From a virus, in IMG/VR virus record IMGVR_UViG_3300044961_000262, positions 19,780 to 83,779 of that record: a stretch of 64,000 nucleotides of DNA. One strand, 5' to 3'. The translations under genes were made by a program, and so were the position numbers. Below are positions 38,262-48,624 of this stretch, piece after piece. Position 1 is the stretch's first letter, and the number at the start of each line of letters is the position of its first letter. The notes beneath the pieces were generated by a model. That model saw only the letters and a list, made by a program, of their open reading frames with translations. It searched no databases and was not told the origin of the DNA.

Positions 38262-38650
38262 AAGAAGTTTATAGTAAATTATTTACAATTGTTTCCGTAA
38301 CCTTAATTACTTTTTTTACTCCCATCAGTAAAGATCTTTTTTTTGTAGGAAGTTTAGTAATAGCTGATTGGATCACTGGAATGGCAAAAGGAGTAAAAGA
38401 AAGTAATTTTAAAAGTTCTATAGCTATTAGAAAATTTTGGGTATCTGTAGGTTACTTTATCGGCATTATAATTTCTGTAATTGTTCAGAATTACTTCGGA
38501 GGAGAAATACCGTTACTTAAAGCCGTTATAACTATTATTGCTGTATCTGAATTACAATCTTTACGGGAAAATATAATATCTTTGAATGGAGTAGACATTC
38601 TTAAACCGATAATTAATTTAGTTCGAAAAATTAAAAAAAATGGCAACTAA
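38258..38650 (+). CDS. phage holin
   Basis: Multiple TM segments; DWITG...K...SS, ELQSLRENI. Confidence 0.8.
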   Translation: MKEVYSKLFTIVSVTLITFFTPISKDLFFVGSLVIADWITGMAKGVKESNFKSSIAIRKFWVSVGYFIGIIISVIVQNYFGGEIPLLKAVITIIAVSELQSLRENIISLNGVDILKPIINLVRKIKKNGN

Positions 38651-39299
38651 AAAAGAAATAATTTATAACATTCTCAATTTAATTGAAGGAGGTAGATTAT
38701 CAGATGATGTTATTCCTTCCTATCGTCAAATCGGTTTTATACTCGATTATAAAAGAGCACAATATCTTCGTCAAGATCAAACTAAAAACTGGTTTGATAT
38801 GGATACAATTTATCAGGATTTAGGTGTTCTTAAAATGATACCTGTAGATTCATCTGAATGTTGCGCTTTTGAAACAGGATGTACAGTTTATCGTACATCA
38901 AATAAAATACCTGAAGTTTTAAGATTTAATTTAAGAAACGCTATAAAAGTTAATGCTATTGATAAACGTAAAAGATTTGAAATAGTTTTACCCGAAAGAT
39001 TTGATTTTGTAAGTTATACTAAATTCGGAAGATTAACTGAACCTGTATATTATTTAAACGGATACATTTATTCTAAAGAAATTTACGCATTAAATGTTAG
39101 AGCCGCTCTAATTAATCCTGAAGAAGCTAAAGGATTTATATGTGGAGACGGACCGTGTTTTACGGATAATAGTCAATATCCATTACCCGCAGATATTATT
39201 GATTTAGTAACTAAAGATATAATATCTACTGAAATGAACGTACTTCTTCAAACAATAAATGATTTAGAAAATAATGCTAAAGACAATAACGGTAGGTAG
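38640..39299 (+). CDS. tail ring protein
   Basis: crAss-type ring pattern ending YPLPADII. Confidence 0.6.
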   Translation: MATKKEIIYNILNLIEGGRLSDDVIPSYRQIGFILDYKRAQYLRQDQTKNWFDMDTIYQDLGVLKMIPVDSSECCAFETGCTVYRTSNKIPEVLRFNLRNAIKVNAIDKRKRFEIVLPERFDFVSYTKFGRLTEPVYYLNGYIYSKEIYALNVRAALINPEEAKGFICGDGPCFTDNSQYPLPADIIDLVTKDIISTEMNVLLQTINDLENNAKDNNGR

Positions 39300-39750
39300 T
39301 TTATTATCGGATGAATTACCGGTAAATGTTTCTACTAAAATATATCAAGATGTTTGGTACATTATTAATCAAAAAATAGCAGACTCTTTAGTATATGATG
39401 GAGGTAAGAAATTTTACATTAATAGATACTTCGGAGCATTGTCTATCATTAGATATAAAAAGAAAATTAAAATAAATAAATTTGGTAAACCTAATACCCC
39501 CGTCAATTGGGGAAAAACTTTAAAATATAGAAAAGAGGGTCTAATAGGAGAAAATAAATTTATATATTCTTCTTCGCAATACGGTTACAGATTTGTTTGG
39601 TATAGATATGACGGAATAAAAGGTTCTTCTCCTTATAAATTTATTCCTTCAAGAACTAACGGAAAAAATTCTAAATCCGGTTTAGCAAATAAGTTATATT
39701 CTTTTTTAGCTGAAAACGATACTAATTATCTTAAATTTGAACTTAAATAG
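39274..39750 (+). CDS. IHF/HU-like protein of the tail module
   Basis: FGALSIIRYK...VNWGKT...YRFVW. Confidence 0.55.
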   Translation: MLKTITVGSLLSDELPVNVSTKIYQDVWYIINQKIADSLVYDGGKKFYINRYFGALSIIRYKKKIKINKFGKPNTPVNWGKTLKYRKEGLIGENKFIYSSSQYGYRFVWYRYDGIKGSSPYKFIPSRTNGKNSKSGLANKLYSFLAENDTNYLKFELK

Positions 39751-39758
39751 TATATTTG
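39751..39758 (+). promoter_or_regulatory. TAnnTTTG -7 element
   Basis: TATATTTG just before ATG 39763. Confidence 0.5.
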
Positions 39759-39762
39759 CTAT

Positions 39763-40497
39763 ATGAATTATAGAACTATATCTTCTAAACATATTGTTGA
39801 AAGGGTCTTTGGATTATTAGGTAATACTATATCTCAAGATTCGGATAGATTTTTAGGTAACATTATTGAATGGATTGGTGGAGGATTAGAATTAATTGGT
39901 ATTCTTCCTGCTATGAAGAAAGAATCTGTTATTTATAAAGTAAACGGAGGAAGAATTCCTCTTCCTTGTAACTTATATTTAATTGAATCTGTAGCTTACG
40001 ATAGTCAATGGCTTCCTTACGGATCTCAAACTTTTAATTACGATTTGCATTGCGAAGAATGTGTAAATGCTACTCAAGCTTCAAGTTTACCTTTTTCTTA
40101 TACGGTAAATGATAATTATTTAATGACAAATGTAGAAGACGGTGAAGAAATATGTATAACATTTTTTTCATTTGCCGTAGATGAAGAAGGATTTCCTGAA
40201 ATTCCAGATAAAGAAACTGTCAAACAAGCTTTATTTTGGTTTGTATTAAGATCGTTAATGTTAGGAGGATTTGAACATCCTAATAAACAAATTACATTTA
40301 GTACAGTAGATGAAATGTGGACAAGATACTGTGGTCAAGCTAATGTTGATTTAAATATGATGGACACACCTAGACTTGAAACATTTAAAAGAATGTGGGT
40401 TCGTCTTATACCTGAAGTTAATTGGGCTGATAATTTTTTTGCTACCGGTACCGAAAAAGAAATCGTAAAACAACATTATAATATAAGAACTAGATAA
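39763..40497 (+). CDS. tail ring/tubular protein
   Basis: EWIG, LPCNL, DEEGFPEIPD, WTRYCGQA. Confidence 0.7.
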   Translation: MNYRTISSKHIVERVFGLLGNTISQDSDRFLGNIIEWIGGGLELIGILPAMKKESVIYKVNGGRIPLPCNLYLIESVAYDSQWLPYGSQTFNYDLHCEECVNATQASSLPFSYTVNDNYLMTNVEDGEEICITFFSFAVDEEGFPEIPDKETVKQALFWFVLRSLMLGGFEHPNKQITFSTVDEMWTRYCGQANVDLNMMDTPRLETFKRMWVRLIPEVNWADNFFATGTEKEIVKQHYNIRTR

Positions 40498-43400
40498 TGG
40501 CAATTCCTAATATAATGTGGACAGATGCGGATGTTTCTAGAAATCCTCAAGGAACTACTCGTATTGTGTTTAATGCTAACATGGATGTTAAGAAAGGAAC
40601 CTTAACTCAAGAAGAAGCTTTTGAATTAATTCATGAATTAAATAGTAATTTATTACCTATAGGATTTATTTCTTTACCTGATCAAACATGTTTAATATTA
40701 TCTTCTTTAAAAGAATTTTCAGATTATAAAAACGAAATAGGAGCATTAAATATATCGTCTGGTAATTATCAAGTTGTACTTAGAGATAACTTGAATATAG
40801 ATGTAAATTTTAATTTTAGCAAAGAACACTTAATAAAAGGAGTGTCTAAACAAAACGTTAACGGAGATATTATAGCTTACTGGGTTGACGGTTTTAATTT
40901 TGACAAATATTTAAATATTACAAATCCCATAATAAGTAGAGATAATGATTTAAAAATAAATTCTAAAGAAGATTTTATCTTGTTAAGTCAATTTAGGACA
41001 GCATCTTCGATAAATATAGATTTTGAAGAAGTATCCTCTGGAGGAAACTTAACTTCCGGAGTTTATTACATTGGTGTACAACAATTAGATAGAGATGAAA
41101 ACTCTACTCAAACTGTAAATTTAAGTAATCCGATATCAATAACCAATGGTACTAGCGGAAGTTTCAATAATAATTATGACGGTTGTCCTGCGGGAACACC
41201 TACATCTTCTGCTATAAAAATTAGAATAAATAATTCTGAGTTAAATCTTTCTTTTCCTTTTTTAAGATTTATTGTAATAAAAAAAGAAAATCAATCTTTA
41301 TCGGCTCATTTATTACCTAAATTTAATTTAAGTTTAAGTTCTGAATATGTAATTTCTACTTTAAATAACTCTACTCCAGTAGCTATTGATTCCATCATCA
41401 ATGATTCTAATTACATTACATCTAAGTCAATTACTCAATTAGATAACGTTTTATATAAAGCTAATTTAAAATCAAATGATAATTACGATCTACAACCTTA
41501 CGTTAATAATATAAGAGTAAACTATATAACAGATACTAAAAACATTCTAGATACAAATGATAATTACAGAAATCCTTATGTAATTTTCGAAGATAAGTCT
41601 TTTATGTGGGATGAAATTTACGCACTATACGTTTCGTTTGATATGGAAACAGAACACGGAATTGTTGAAACAAAAGCATTTCATTTACCGGGTAGACCTT
41701 GTTCTGATATTTTTATTGATGGAAATTTTTATTCTGAAAGAGATTCTTTAGAGTCGATAAATACAGTAATACCTAATTTTTTTGACAAAAACGATAATTC
41801 AGGACTAAAAAAATATTGGCCGGGAAATCAAATGTATAATGTTAATCCTAACGCTAAATTACACCACGCTATAGATACTTCAGATAATCCTTTAGCTTCA
41901 ACTAATATGGGATTTTGGGAAAATGTTTCTGAAACTTATTCTAACGAAGATAAATGGCTTATAAAAAATTCTAATGATACCGTTATAGGTAGTTTAAAAG
42001 GAGAACGTGTAAGACATCATAGATTTCCTGAATCTATAATTAATAGAGGATTATATCATCCTACAAAATCTAATTTAGTAAACGTTTTAGGTATACAACT
42101 TACAAATGTTTTATTACCCGAAAAGTATAAAATTAAAAACGTTAAAATATACTACGCTAAAAGAGATATATCTAACAGAACAATATTAGGACAAAGTTTA
42201 GGATTAAATTGTTTAGGTTATTATAAACAATCATTTCCGAGTTCTAATGTAACTCCCGAAAAAGAAAATGTATATTCTTCAATCGGTAATATAAATTTAA
42301 ACAATCTAAAAATACAAGATACGGGTCCACAAATTGAAGCGAATTTAATAACTTTAGGTGTAAGACTTGATAATTTTTTTTATTATCAACATAGCTTTGA
42401 CGCAGCTAAATCTGATAGTGGTTATATAAAATGTAAACCTTTCGATTTATTATCGCAAAATGTTTCAATAAACGGAGCAACGCATGTAAAAAACGTGTAT
42501 AGAATAAAGCATCGTTACGATGCTGGATTATCTAACGGACCTATCGCAATAGATAAGAATTTAGATTTAAAATTTATATTCGATATTACTCAAAGAGATA
42601 ATAACGCTAATCAAACTTTTATATCCGATAGTTCTACAAATATTCCGGGAATAAATAGAATTAGAAAAATTAAAAACATTGATTATGTAAATAATAATTC
42701 AGGAGATTCGAAAGCGGGAGTTTCTTCAGATTCATATTCTTTTTCTCAATTTGTAAATAATCCTGAAGGGGATAGAGCTATTTGGATTGAAATGGACGGA
42801 ATGTTACAAGGACTTCAAGCTAATCCTTTTAAATTGTATGAACAAGATGATTTAGCTTTTTTTCCTCTATCCGGACAATTTCCTGCTCCTGGTTTTACTA
42901 AAGATACTGCTGCACCGTATTTAACTAATATATGTGCATTTAAAGAAGATTTGTTTTTAGGATTTGATAATTATACTTTATGTTATACCGGAAAAGCTTT
43001 TCTTTACGGTCAAGATGCTACTCAACCATATGAAGTTTTTGGTGGAGATACTTTTAGTTCGTATTATGGAGAAAGAAGTACTTTGACATTAGAAGGAAAT
43101 ATGGTAGGTAATCAGTATCAGAGTCCTGTTAGAACAATAGGTGTGTTTAGAAGTTTACATTATTATATTTGTCAATCAACATCTAATATTAATTATAGAC
43201 ATGAAGGTCCTAATAATATAGAAAAATATTTTCCTAAAAGTGCAAATTTTGAAATTTTAAATTTACCCAATTTTGTAGATAACTGGTATGGATATAATAC
43301 TGATTACTCTTCGGTAAATGATATAATTCAACCATTAATAGAACAAAACGGCATTTCAGATTTTATAAATACTTTTAAAAATAGAATAATTCGTTCAGCT

Positions 43401-45152
43401 AATAATAATCCTGAATTAAAAAGTGATAATTACAGAATATGGGAACCGGGTAACGAATATGATGTAGGGATCGATAAAGGAGAAATTTGGGATATTAATG
43501 GTTTTACTAATAAACTTTTTATTCAAACAGAAAGAAGTATATTTCAAACCATTGGTCGACAAATACTTAAAACTGAAAATTCAGAATCATTTATAGGTTC
43601 AGGAAATATATTTGAAGTTTTACCTCAAGAACTCGTGTCTACAAGCGGAGTTTATGGAGGAACTCAATCTAGATTTACGACAGCCATTAGTCAATACGGA
43701 TTAATGTTTGCTGATTCAAATTCAGGAATCGTATTTAATGTAGTAGACAATAGATTAGATGAAATAAGTAAAAACGGTCAGGAAATATTTTTTAGAGATA
43801 ATTTAAGATTTAGTTTACCGGAATATGTTGATAACTTAACTTATAATAATGCTTCTAATTGGCAATTTACGGAATATTTTAAAGGTCAAATAGTAAAATA
43901 TAACGGAACTATATATGAATGTATAGCAGACTCTTCATTTAATGTTCCGACATCTTCTGATTGGAAAGAAGTTAAATGGAAATTTTCAAAAAAAGAATCT
44001 ATTTTAGATGAACAATCTGTGGGAATAGAATGCGTATTTGATTATAAGTATAGAAGATATATTCTTACTAAAAAAGATTACGATACTGATACTCAAAATA
44101 ATGAATTTTATCTATTATATAAGGGGTATTTAGATATAAATAATATTTCAGAAAACAATATTTATTTGTATAAAGGTGATTATATAACTGTTCAAATGCT
44201 ATTCAATCCCGAAAAATATGATTATGAGTTCGGTAATAATTTATACGGAACTAAAATAAAATTTAGTGATTACTTTTTAAGTAAAAATTTTACAATAGCT
44301 TACTATCCGGAATTAAAAGGTTGGGTTTCATTTTATACATATTTTCCTAATAGAATTTATTCTACTCAACAAGGAATTATATCTTATAAAAATAATTTTT
44401 ATAAACATAATTCAAATAACAGCTTTTTATATTTTTATGATGGGTTACATGATATGATTATAGACTATCCTATTGTATATCCTGAAGTAAACAGACTAAG
44501 TAACATAATGACTAAAACTATAGTTACGGATAGAAAAACTAATTTAAGAAAGTATAATAAAACTTTTGATGAAAATTTAGTTTATAATTCATACCAATGC
44601 TCTTATCCGTTAAATTTAGTTAATATCAAAACTCAAAGAAACTCAGAAGGTTACTGGATATTAAATAATTTTAGAGATTACGTAGTAGATCATAATAAAC
44701 CTTTCTTATTTAGAAACGATAATTATTTTAACTTACTATCTTTAAGTAATCAAAACAATTCTTCAAATGTAAGTCTATCAAAACATTGGTCTAAACTTAA
44801 AAAGTTTGTAGATTATTGGTTTATTAGTAGATTTATTTATAAAAATAAATGGGAAAGAATTTTAGGATTTACTAATCAACCTGAACAATTAACGTATAGA
44901 GCGTTAACTGATTCTTTCAATTTTATTGAAGGAGTAAATACTGGAGAAATGTTAAGATTAAACAATACTACTATTATTAAAATAACTTCAATAATTTCAG
45001 GTAATTCATCTTTCGCTTCAATATTAAAGTTCCACGTAGTATCAGGAAATTATCCTTCTGATGGTCAAACGTATTCAACAGTAGAAAGATTAAATAATGA
45101 TCTTTTAGAAATTCATGATATAAGCGCACTTTCATTTAAAAACTACAGATAA
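40497..45152 (+). CDS. tail muzzle/stabilisation protein (P22 gp10-like)
   Basis: 1551 aa; YWVDG, VRHHRFP, FGGDTF, YGGTQS, GWVSFYTYFP. Confidence 0.75.
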   Translation: MAIPNIMWTDADVSRNPQGTTRIVFNANMDVKKGTLTQEEAFELIHELNSNLLPIGFISLPDQTCLILSSLKEFSDYKNEIGALNISSGNYQVVLRDNLNIDVNFNFSKEHLIKGVSKQNVNGDIIAYWVDGFNFDKYLNITNPIISRDNDLKINSKEDFILLSQFRTASSINIDFEEVSSGGNLTSGVYYIGVQQLDRDENSTQTVNLSNPISITNGTSGSFNNNYDGCPAGTPTSSAIKIRINNSELNLSFPFLRFIVIKKENQSLSAHLLPKFNLSLSSEYVISTLNNSTPVAIDSIINDSNYITSKSITQLDNVLYKANLKSNDNYDLQPYVNNIRVNYITDTKNILDTNDNYRNPYVIFEDKSFMWDEIYALYVSFDMETEHGIVETKAFHLPGRPCSDIFIDGNFYSERDSLESINTVIPNFFDKNDNSGLKKYWPGNQMYNVNPNAKLHHAIDTSDNPLASTNMGFWENVSETYSNEDKWLIKNSNDTVIGSLKGERVRHHRFPESIINRGLYHPTKSNLVNVLGIQLTNVLLPEKYKIKNVKIYYAKRDISNRTILGQSLGLNCLGYYKQSFPSSNVTPEKENVYSSIGNINLNNLKIQDTGPQIEANLITLGVRLDNFFYYQHSFDAAKSDSGYIKCKPFDLLSQNVSINGATHVKNVYRIKHRYDAGLSNGPIAIDKNLDLKFIFDITQRDNNANQTFISDSSTNIPGINRIRKIKNIDYVNNNSGDSKAGVSSDSYSFSQFVNNPEGDRAIWIEMDGMLQGLQANPFKLYEQDDLAFFPLSGQFPAPGFTKDTAAPYLTNICAFKEDLFLGFDNYTLCYTGKAFLYGQDATQPYEVFGGDTFSSYYGERSTLTLEGNMVGNQYQSPVRTIGVFRSLHYYICQSTSNINYRHEGPNNIEKYFPKSANFEILNLPNFVDNWYGYNTDYSSVNDIIQPLIEQNGISDFINTFKNRIIRSANNNPELKSDNYRIWEPGNEYDVGIDKGEIWDINGFTNKLFIQTERSIFQTIGRQILKTENSESFIGSGNIFEVLPQELVSTSGVYGGTQSRFTTAISQYGLMFADSNSGIVFNVVDNRLDEISKNGQEIFFRDNLRFSLPEYVDNLTYNNASNWQFTEYFKGQIVKYNGTIYECIADSSFNVPTSSDWKEVKWKFSKKESILDEQSVGIECVFDYKYRRYILTKKDYDTDTQNNEFYLLYKGYLDINNISENNIYLYKGDYITVQMLFNPEKYDYEFGNNLYGTKIKFSDYFLSKNFTIAYYPELKGWVSFYTYFPNRIYSTQQGIISYKNNFYKHNSNNSFLYFYDGLHDMIIDYPIVYPEVNRLSNIMTKTIVTDRKTNLRKYNKTFDENLVYNSYQCSYPLNLVNIKTQRNSEGYWILNNFRDYVVDHNKPFLFRNDNYFNLLSLSNQNNSSNVSLSKHWSKLKKFVDYWFISRFIYKNKWERILGFTNQPEQLTYRALTDSFNFIEGVNTGEMLRLNNTTIIKITSIISGNSSFASILKFHVVSGNYPSDGQTYSTVERLNNDLLEIHDISALSFKNYR

Positions 45153-45538
45153 TGACACTTTCAGATAAAATAAAAAAATCAGAACCAAAATACACAATTT
45201 CTCAACTTTGTGTAGAATTAGTACATTCAGCTCATGTAGCTCAAATTGAACATTGGAAAACTAAATCTTACGCTCAACATATGGCTTTAGGTACTTATTA
45301 TGAGGATATTCCGAAATTTGCTGACGCAATAGCTGAAGAATATCAAGGTCTTTATGGTATTCAAAATTATTCAGAAAATAAATTAAAATCAACTAACTTT
45401 GTAGAATACCTTAAACAATTATACGAATATGCTACTAATGCTCAAAAATCATGTGATTGTTCTAATGTAATAAATAAAATAGATGAAGCTAAGTCATTAA
45501 TATCATCTACTTTATATAAATTAAATAATTTGTCATGA
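45152..45538 (+). CDS. Dps/ferritin-like four-helix protein
   Basis: HW...HMALGTYYE...D.IAE.YQG ferroxidase-like pattern. Confidence 0.7.
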   Translation: MTLSDKIKKSEPKYTISQLCVELVHSAHVAQIEHWKTKSYAQHMALGTYYEDIPKFADAIAEEYQGLYGIQNYSENKLKSTNFVEYLKQLYEYATNAQKSCDCSNVINKIDEAKSLISSTLYKLNNLS

Positions 45539-48522
45539 AGAAAAAAAGCTTAAATAAATTTCCAGAAGGTGGAAAAATTAAATCTATTATGAAAAGAAAA
45601 TTACCTAAACATCAAAATGGCGCACTTGTCGGTCAAGTTGCGGGAACAGCAATTGGAGCATCTACAGCTGCAATTCCTGTAGTCGGTCCTTTTGTAGCTC
45701 CAATGTTAACTCCTATTTTATCGCAAGTAGGGTCTAAATTAGGAGACCAGGTTTCTGGAGATGAAGCTAAAAGAAAAAGAGATGAAGAAACTAATAAGAA
45801 TCTAATGCAATCTTATCAGAAATTAAATACTGTCAATAATCCTAATTCTACTAGAGTTAATACTGGTTCTAATTTTCAATTTCCATACGGAGGAGAAATA
45901 ACTGAAGATATGATAAACCCTAATGCTGAATTAGAATTAGAAGAAACTTTTCAAACACCTGACGGAACAGTTGGTCAAGTAAATGCGCCAAGTCATGAAG
46001 AAGGAGGAATTGAAGTAAATCTTCCTGAAGGTACTAGAGTTTTTAGCGATAGACTAAAATATAAAGGTAAAACTTTCGCTAAATTAACTAAACCTATTAA
46101 TTCTAAAATAGCTAAAATAGAAAAGCAATTAGAAAGTAATCCTATGGATTATCGTAAAAAAAATTCATTAACTCTTTTAAATCAACAACTTGATCATTAT
46201 TTTAATATACAAGAAGCTTCAAAAAAACAAGCTGAAACAAAACGTAGTTTAAATACTATGCGCAAAGGAGGATTGATTAAATATAATTTGGGAGGAGGTA
46301 CTCCACCAGATCCGTTTAATAATCCTGTAGAATACCAAGTTTGGTTAAATAATCAACCGAAATCTTTAGTTCAAAATCAATTACAAGAAAATGCTATTAT
46401 TCCTACTAATGATAATTATTTGATTAAAGGACAACCTAGAAATTTTGATCGGTCGGTAAATAATAATCCAACTTTTAAAAATAATTCTATTGCTACCGAT
46501 ATTAATAATGATAATAATAATAATTTTCAGAATAATAATCAAAATCAAGTAAACAATTGGACTAATTTTGCTCAAAGAACCATTCAGCCTCAATTAACTG
46601 AAATGGACCCTAATCAATTAACTAATCAACCTGCTTCAACTGTAACTTTTGAAGACACGGCTCAACCGACTACATCTACATCGTCTACTAAAAATTCTTG
46701 GGCTAATAAAAATATAGGTAATATAGGTCAAATTGGATCGGCTATTGGAACTAATATTGCTCAAAATATTAATTTAAATAGAGTTAAAGCTCCAAGAAGT
46801 ATTAATCCTATATCAACAGCTAGTAAAGTTATGGCTCCTCAAAAAGTTAACTTTTCAGCTAACATTGATGCTATTAATAGACAAACAATGGGGGATTACG
46901 AAGATATTAATAGAAGTTTCGCTAATTCAGCTACAGCTAGAGCTTTTAAAAATAAAGCTAGATTAAATCAAGCAGCTAATGTTGGACAAGTATATCAAAA
47001 TCAAGAAAATACAAATACTCAAATTGAAAATAACTATCGAAATTTATTAGGTAAAGCTATGGGTCAAGACGTAATGTCTAATATGGAAATTGATAGATAT
47101 AATCTTGAAAATAAATATAATTATGATTTGTGGAGAACCGGAGCTAAAAACAAAATGATTGCAGATTTAGGAAATACTTCAGGACAATTATTTGGAAAGA
47201 TGACTGACTTTAATAATCAATTAAGTCTAGCTAATATTCTTGCTAATCAATATGATAGTTCCGTAATAGCTGATCAAATTGCTGGTAATAAACAACTCGC
47301 TGATATATACTTAGCTCAAGGTAAAATTTCTCAAAAAGATTACGATAGAATTAAACATACTTTCGCTTGCGGAGGAACAATTAGAAGTTTACGTAAATTT
47401 CCTAACGGAGGAAATATAAATAATGAATATCGTAAAAAATTACAAACAGTTATTAATGAAGAAACAATAAATAACGCTCAATTAATGGATGATGAATATG
47501 CTGCTGCTTTAGAATCAGGTAAAGATAAATATACATCTTCTGTTACTGGTTTAGATTATAAAGTTTTACCTAAAGCTGAAAAACATCTATTAGCCGCTAA
47601 TATGTGGAAAGAAACTCATGGAACAGCTCCAACTAAAAAACAAGAAGAAGCTACTGTAAAAGCTATTGAAGGTAAAGCTACTGGTTCTACTAAAGCTAAA
47701 ATAGTTGCTGAAACAGTAAATAACGGTAAGACTATGGCAGATATTGTAAACAGTAAATGGTCAAACCAAAAACCTGAAGGATACGTTAGTAAGCAACAAT
47801 TACCTATTAATCAATCTAACGATCAATTTAATTGGAGAGAATTCGCTAAAAGTCAAGGTGCTCAATTAATAGATGCTGTAGGAAGCTTAGGTCTTTCGGC
47901 AATAGGTAATCCTTTATATCATGAATTTGGAGTTGATTTATCTGAATACGGAATTCCTCATACTGATTTAAGTCGAGAAGCTGTTGATGAAAAGGTAAAA
48001 AATCCTAATGAATATGCTGATGCTGCTTCAAATGCAATGTTAGGTATTATGACAGGAAAATTAGCGGGAATGGGAGCGAATCAAATAGTAAAATCTGCGA
48101 TTCCTAAACCAAAACCTAAATATTATAAAAATAATGAAGTTGATGAATTACTTTTAAAACAAAAAACAAAAGTCGGTAAAAATTCATATAAAGGACGTCA
48201 AAATAAAACTAATGAAAAAAATCTTGATTACTGGAACGATTATCAATCATTGGAATTTGCATTAAAAAGAAAATCTCCAGAATTTCAAAAAAAATTAACT
48301 AATAGAATTTCTAAAATGGAAGATGAAAATCTACCAAATGATTTATTAAATTTCAAATTAGATAATTATGAAATTCCTTCTTTTCAACAATTAAAACTGA
48401 AAGAAATGGGAAAAGATTTACAAAAAGCTAAAAACGAAGGAAATATTGTACAATATGCTGAAATACTAAAAGAAATGCAAAAATATATAAAATCTTTTCA
48501 AAAAAAGCGTTCTTTAAAATAA
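45535..48522 (+). CDS. virion cargo (ejection) protein 1
   Basis: Hydrophobic Gly/Ala N-terminal segment, SHEEGG motif, repeated xxxGG motifs, Asn/Gln-rich linker. Confidence 0.6.
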   Translation: MKKKSLNKFPEGGKIKSIMKRKLPKHQNGALVGQVAGTAIGASTAAIPVVGPFVAPMLTPILSQVGSKLGDQVSGDEAKRKRDEETNKNLMQSYQKLNTVNNPNSTRVNTGSNFQFPYGGEITEDMINPNAELELEETFQTPDGTVGQVNAPSHEEGGIEVNLPEGTRVFSDRLKYKGKTFAKLTKPINSKIAKIEKQLESNPMDYRKKNSLTLLNQQLDHYFNIQEASKKQAETKRSLNTMRKGGLIKYNLGGGTPPDPFNNPVEYQVWLNNQPKSLVQNQLQENAIIPTNDNYLIKGQPRNFDRSVNNNPTFKNNSIATDINNDNNNNFQNNNQNQVNNWTNFAQRTIQPQLTEMDPNQLTNQPASTVTFEDTAQPTTSTSSTKNSWANKNIGNIGQIGSAIGTNIAQNINLNRVKAPRSINPISTASKVMAPQKVNFSANIDAINRQTMGDYEDINRSFANSATARAFKNKARLNQAANVGQVYQNQENTNTQIENNYRNLLGKAMGQDVMSNMEIDRYNLENKYNYDLWRTGAKNKMIADLGNTSGQLFGKMTDFNNQLSLANILANQYDSSVIADQIAGNKQLADIYLAQGKISQKDYDRIKHTFACGGTIRSLRKFPNGGNINNEYRKKLQTVINEETINNAQLMDDEYAAALESGKDKYTSSVTGLDYKVLPKAEKHLLAANMWKETHGTAPTKKQEEATVKAIEGKATGSTKAKIVAETVNNGKTMADIVNSKWSNQKPEGYVSKQQLPINQSNDQFNWREFAKSQGAQLIDAVGSLGLSAIGNPLYHEFGVDLSEYGIPHTDLSREAVDEKVKNPNEYADAASNAMLGIMTGKLAGMGANQIVKSAIPKPKPKYYKNNEVDELLLKQKTKVGKNSYKGRQNKTNEKNLDYWNDYQSLEFALKRKSPEFQKKLTNRISKMEDENLPNDLLNFKLDNYEIPSFQQLKLKEMGKDLQKAKNEGNIVQYAEILKEMQKYIKSFQKKRSLK

Positions 48523-48550
48523 CCCCCTCTAAATTAGTAATTTAGAATCG

Positions 48551-48581
48551 ACCCTAAGATTAATTTCTTAGGGTTTGTTTT
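48551..48581 (+). terminator. intrinsic terminator
   Basis: ACCCTAAGA-TTAATT-TCTTAGGGT followed by a T tract. Confidence 0.75.
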
Positions 48582-48595
48582 TATATTTAAAGTTG

Positions 48596-48611
48596 TATAT
48601 TTGTAAAGTAT
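48596..48611 (+). promoter_or_regulatory. TAnnTTTG promoter within a 16-nt motif repeated at 54800
   Basis: TATATTTGTAAAGTAT. Confidence 0.65.
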
Positions 48612-48624
48612 AAATTATAATAAT

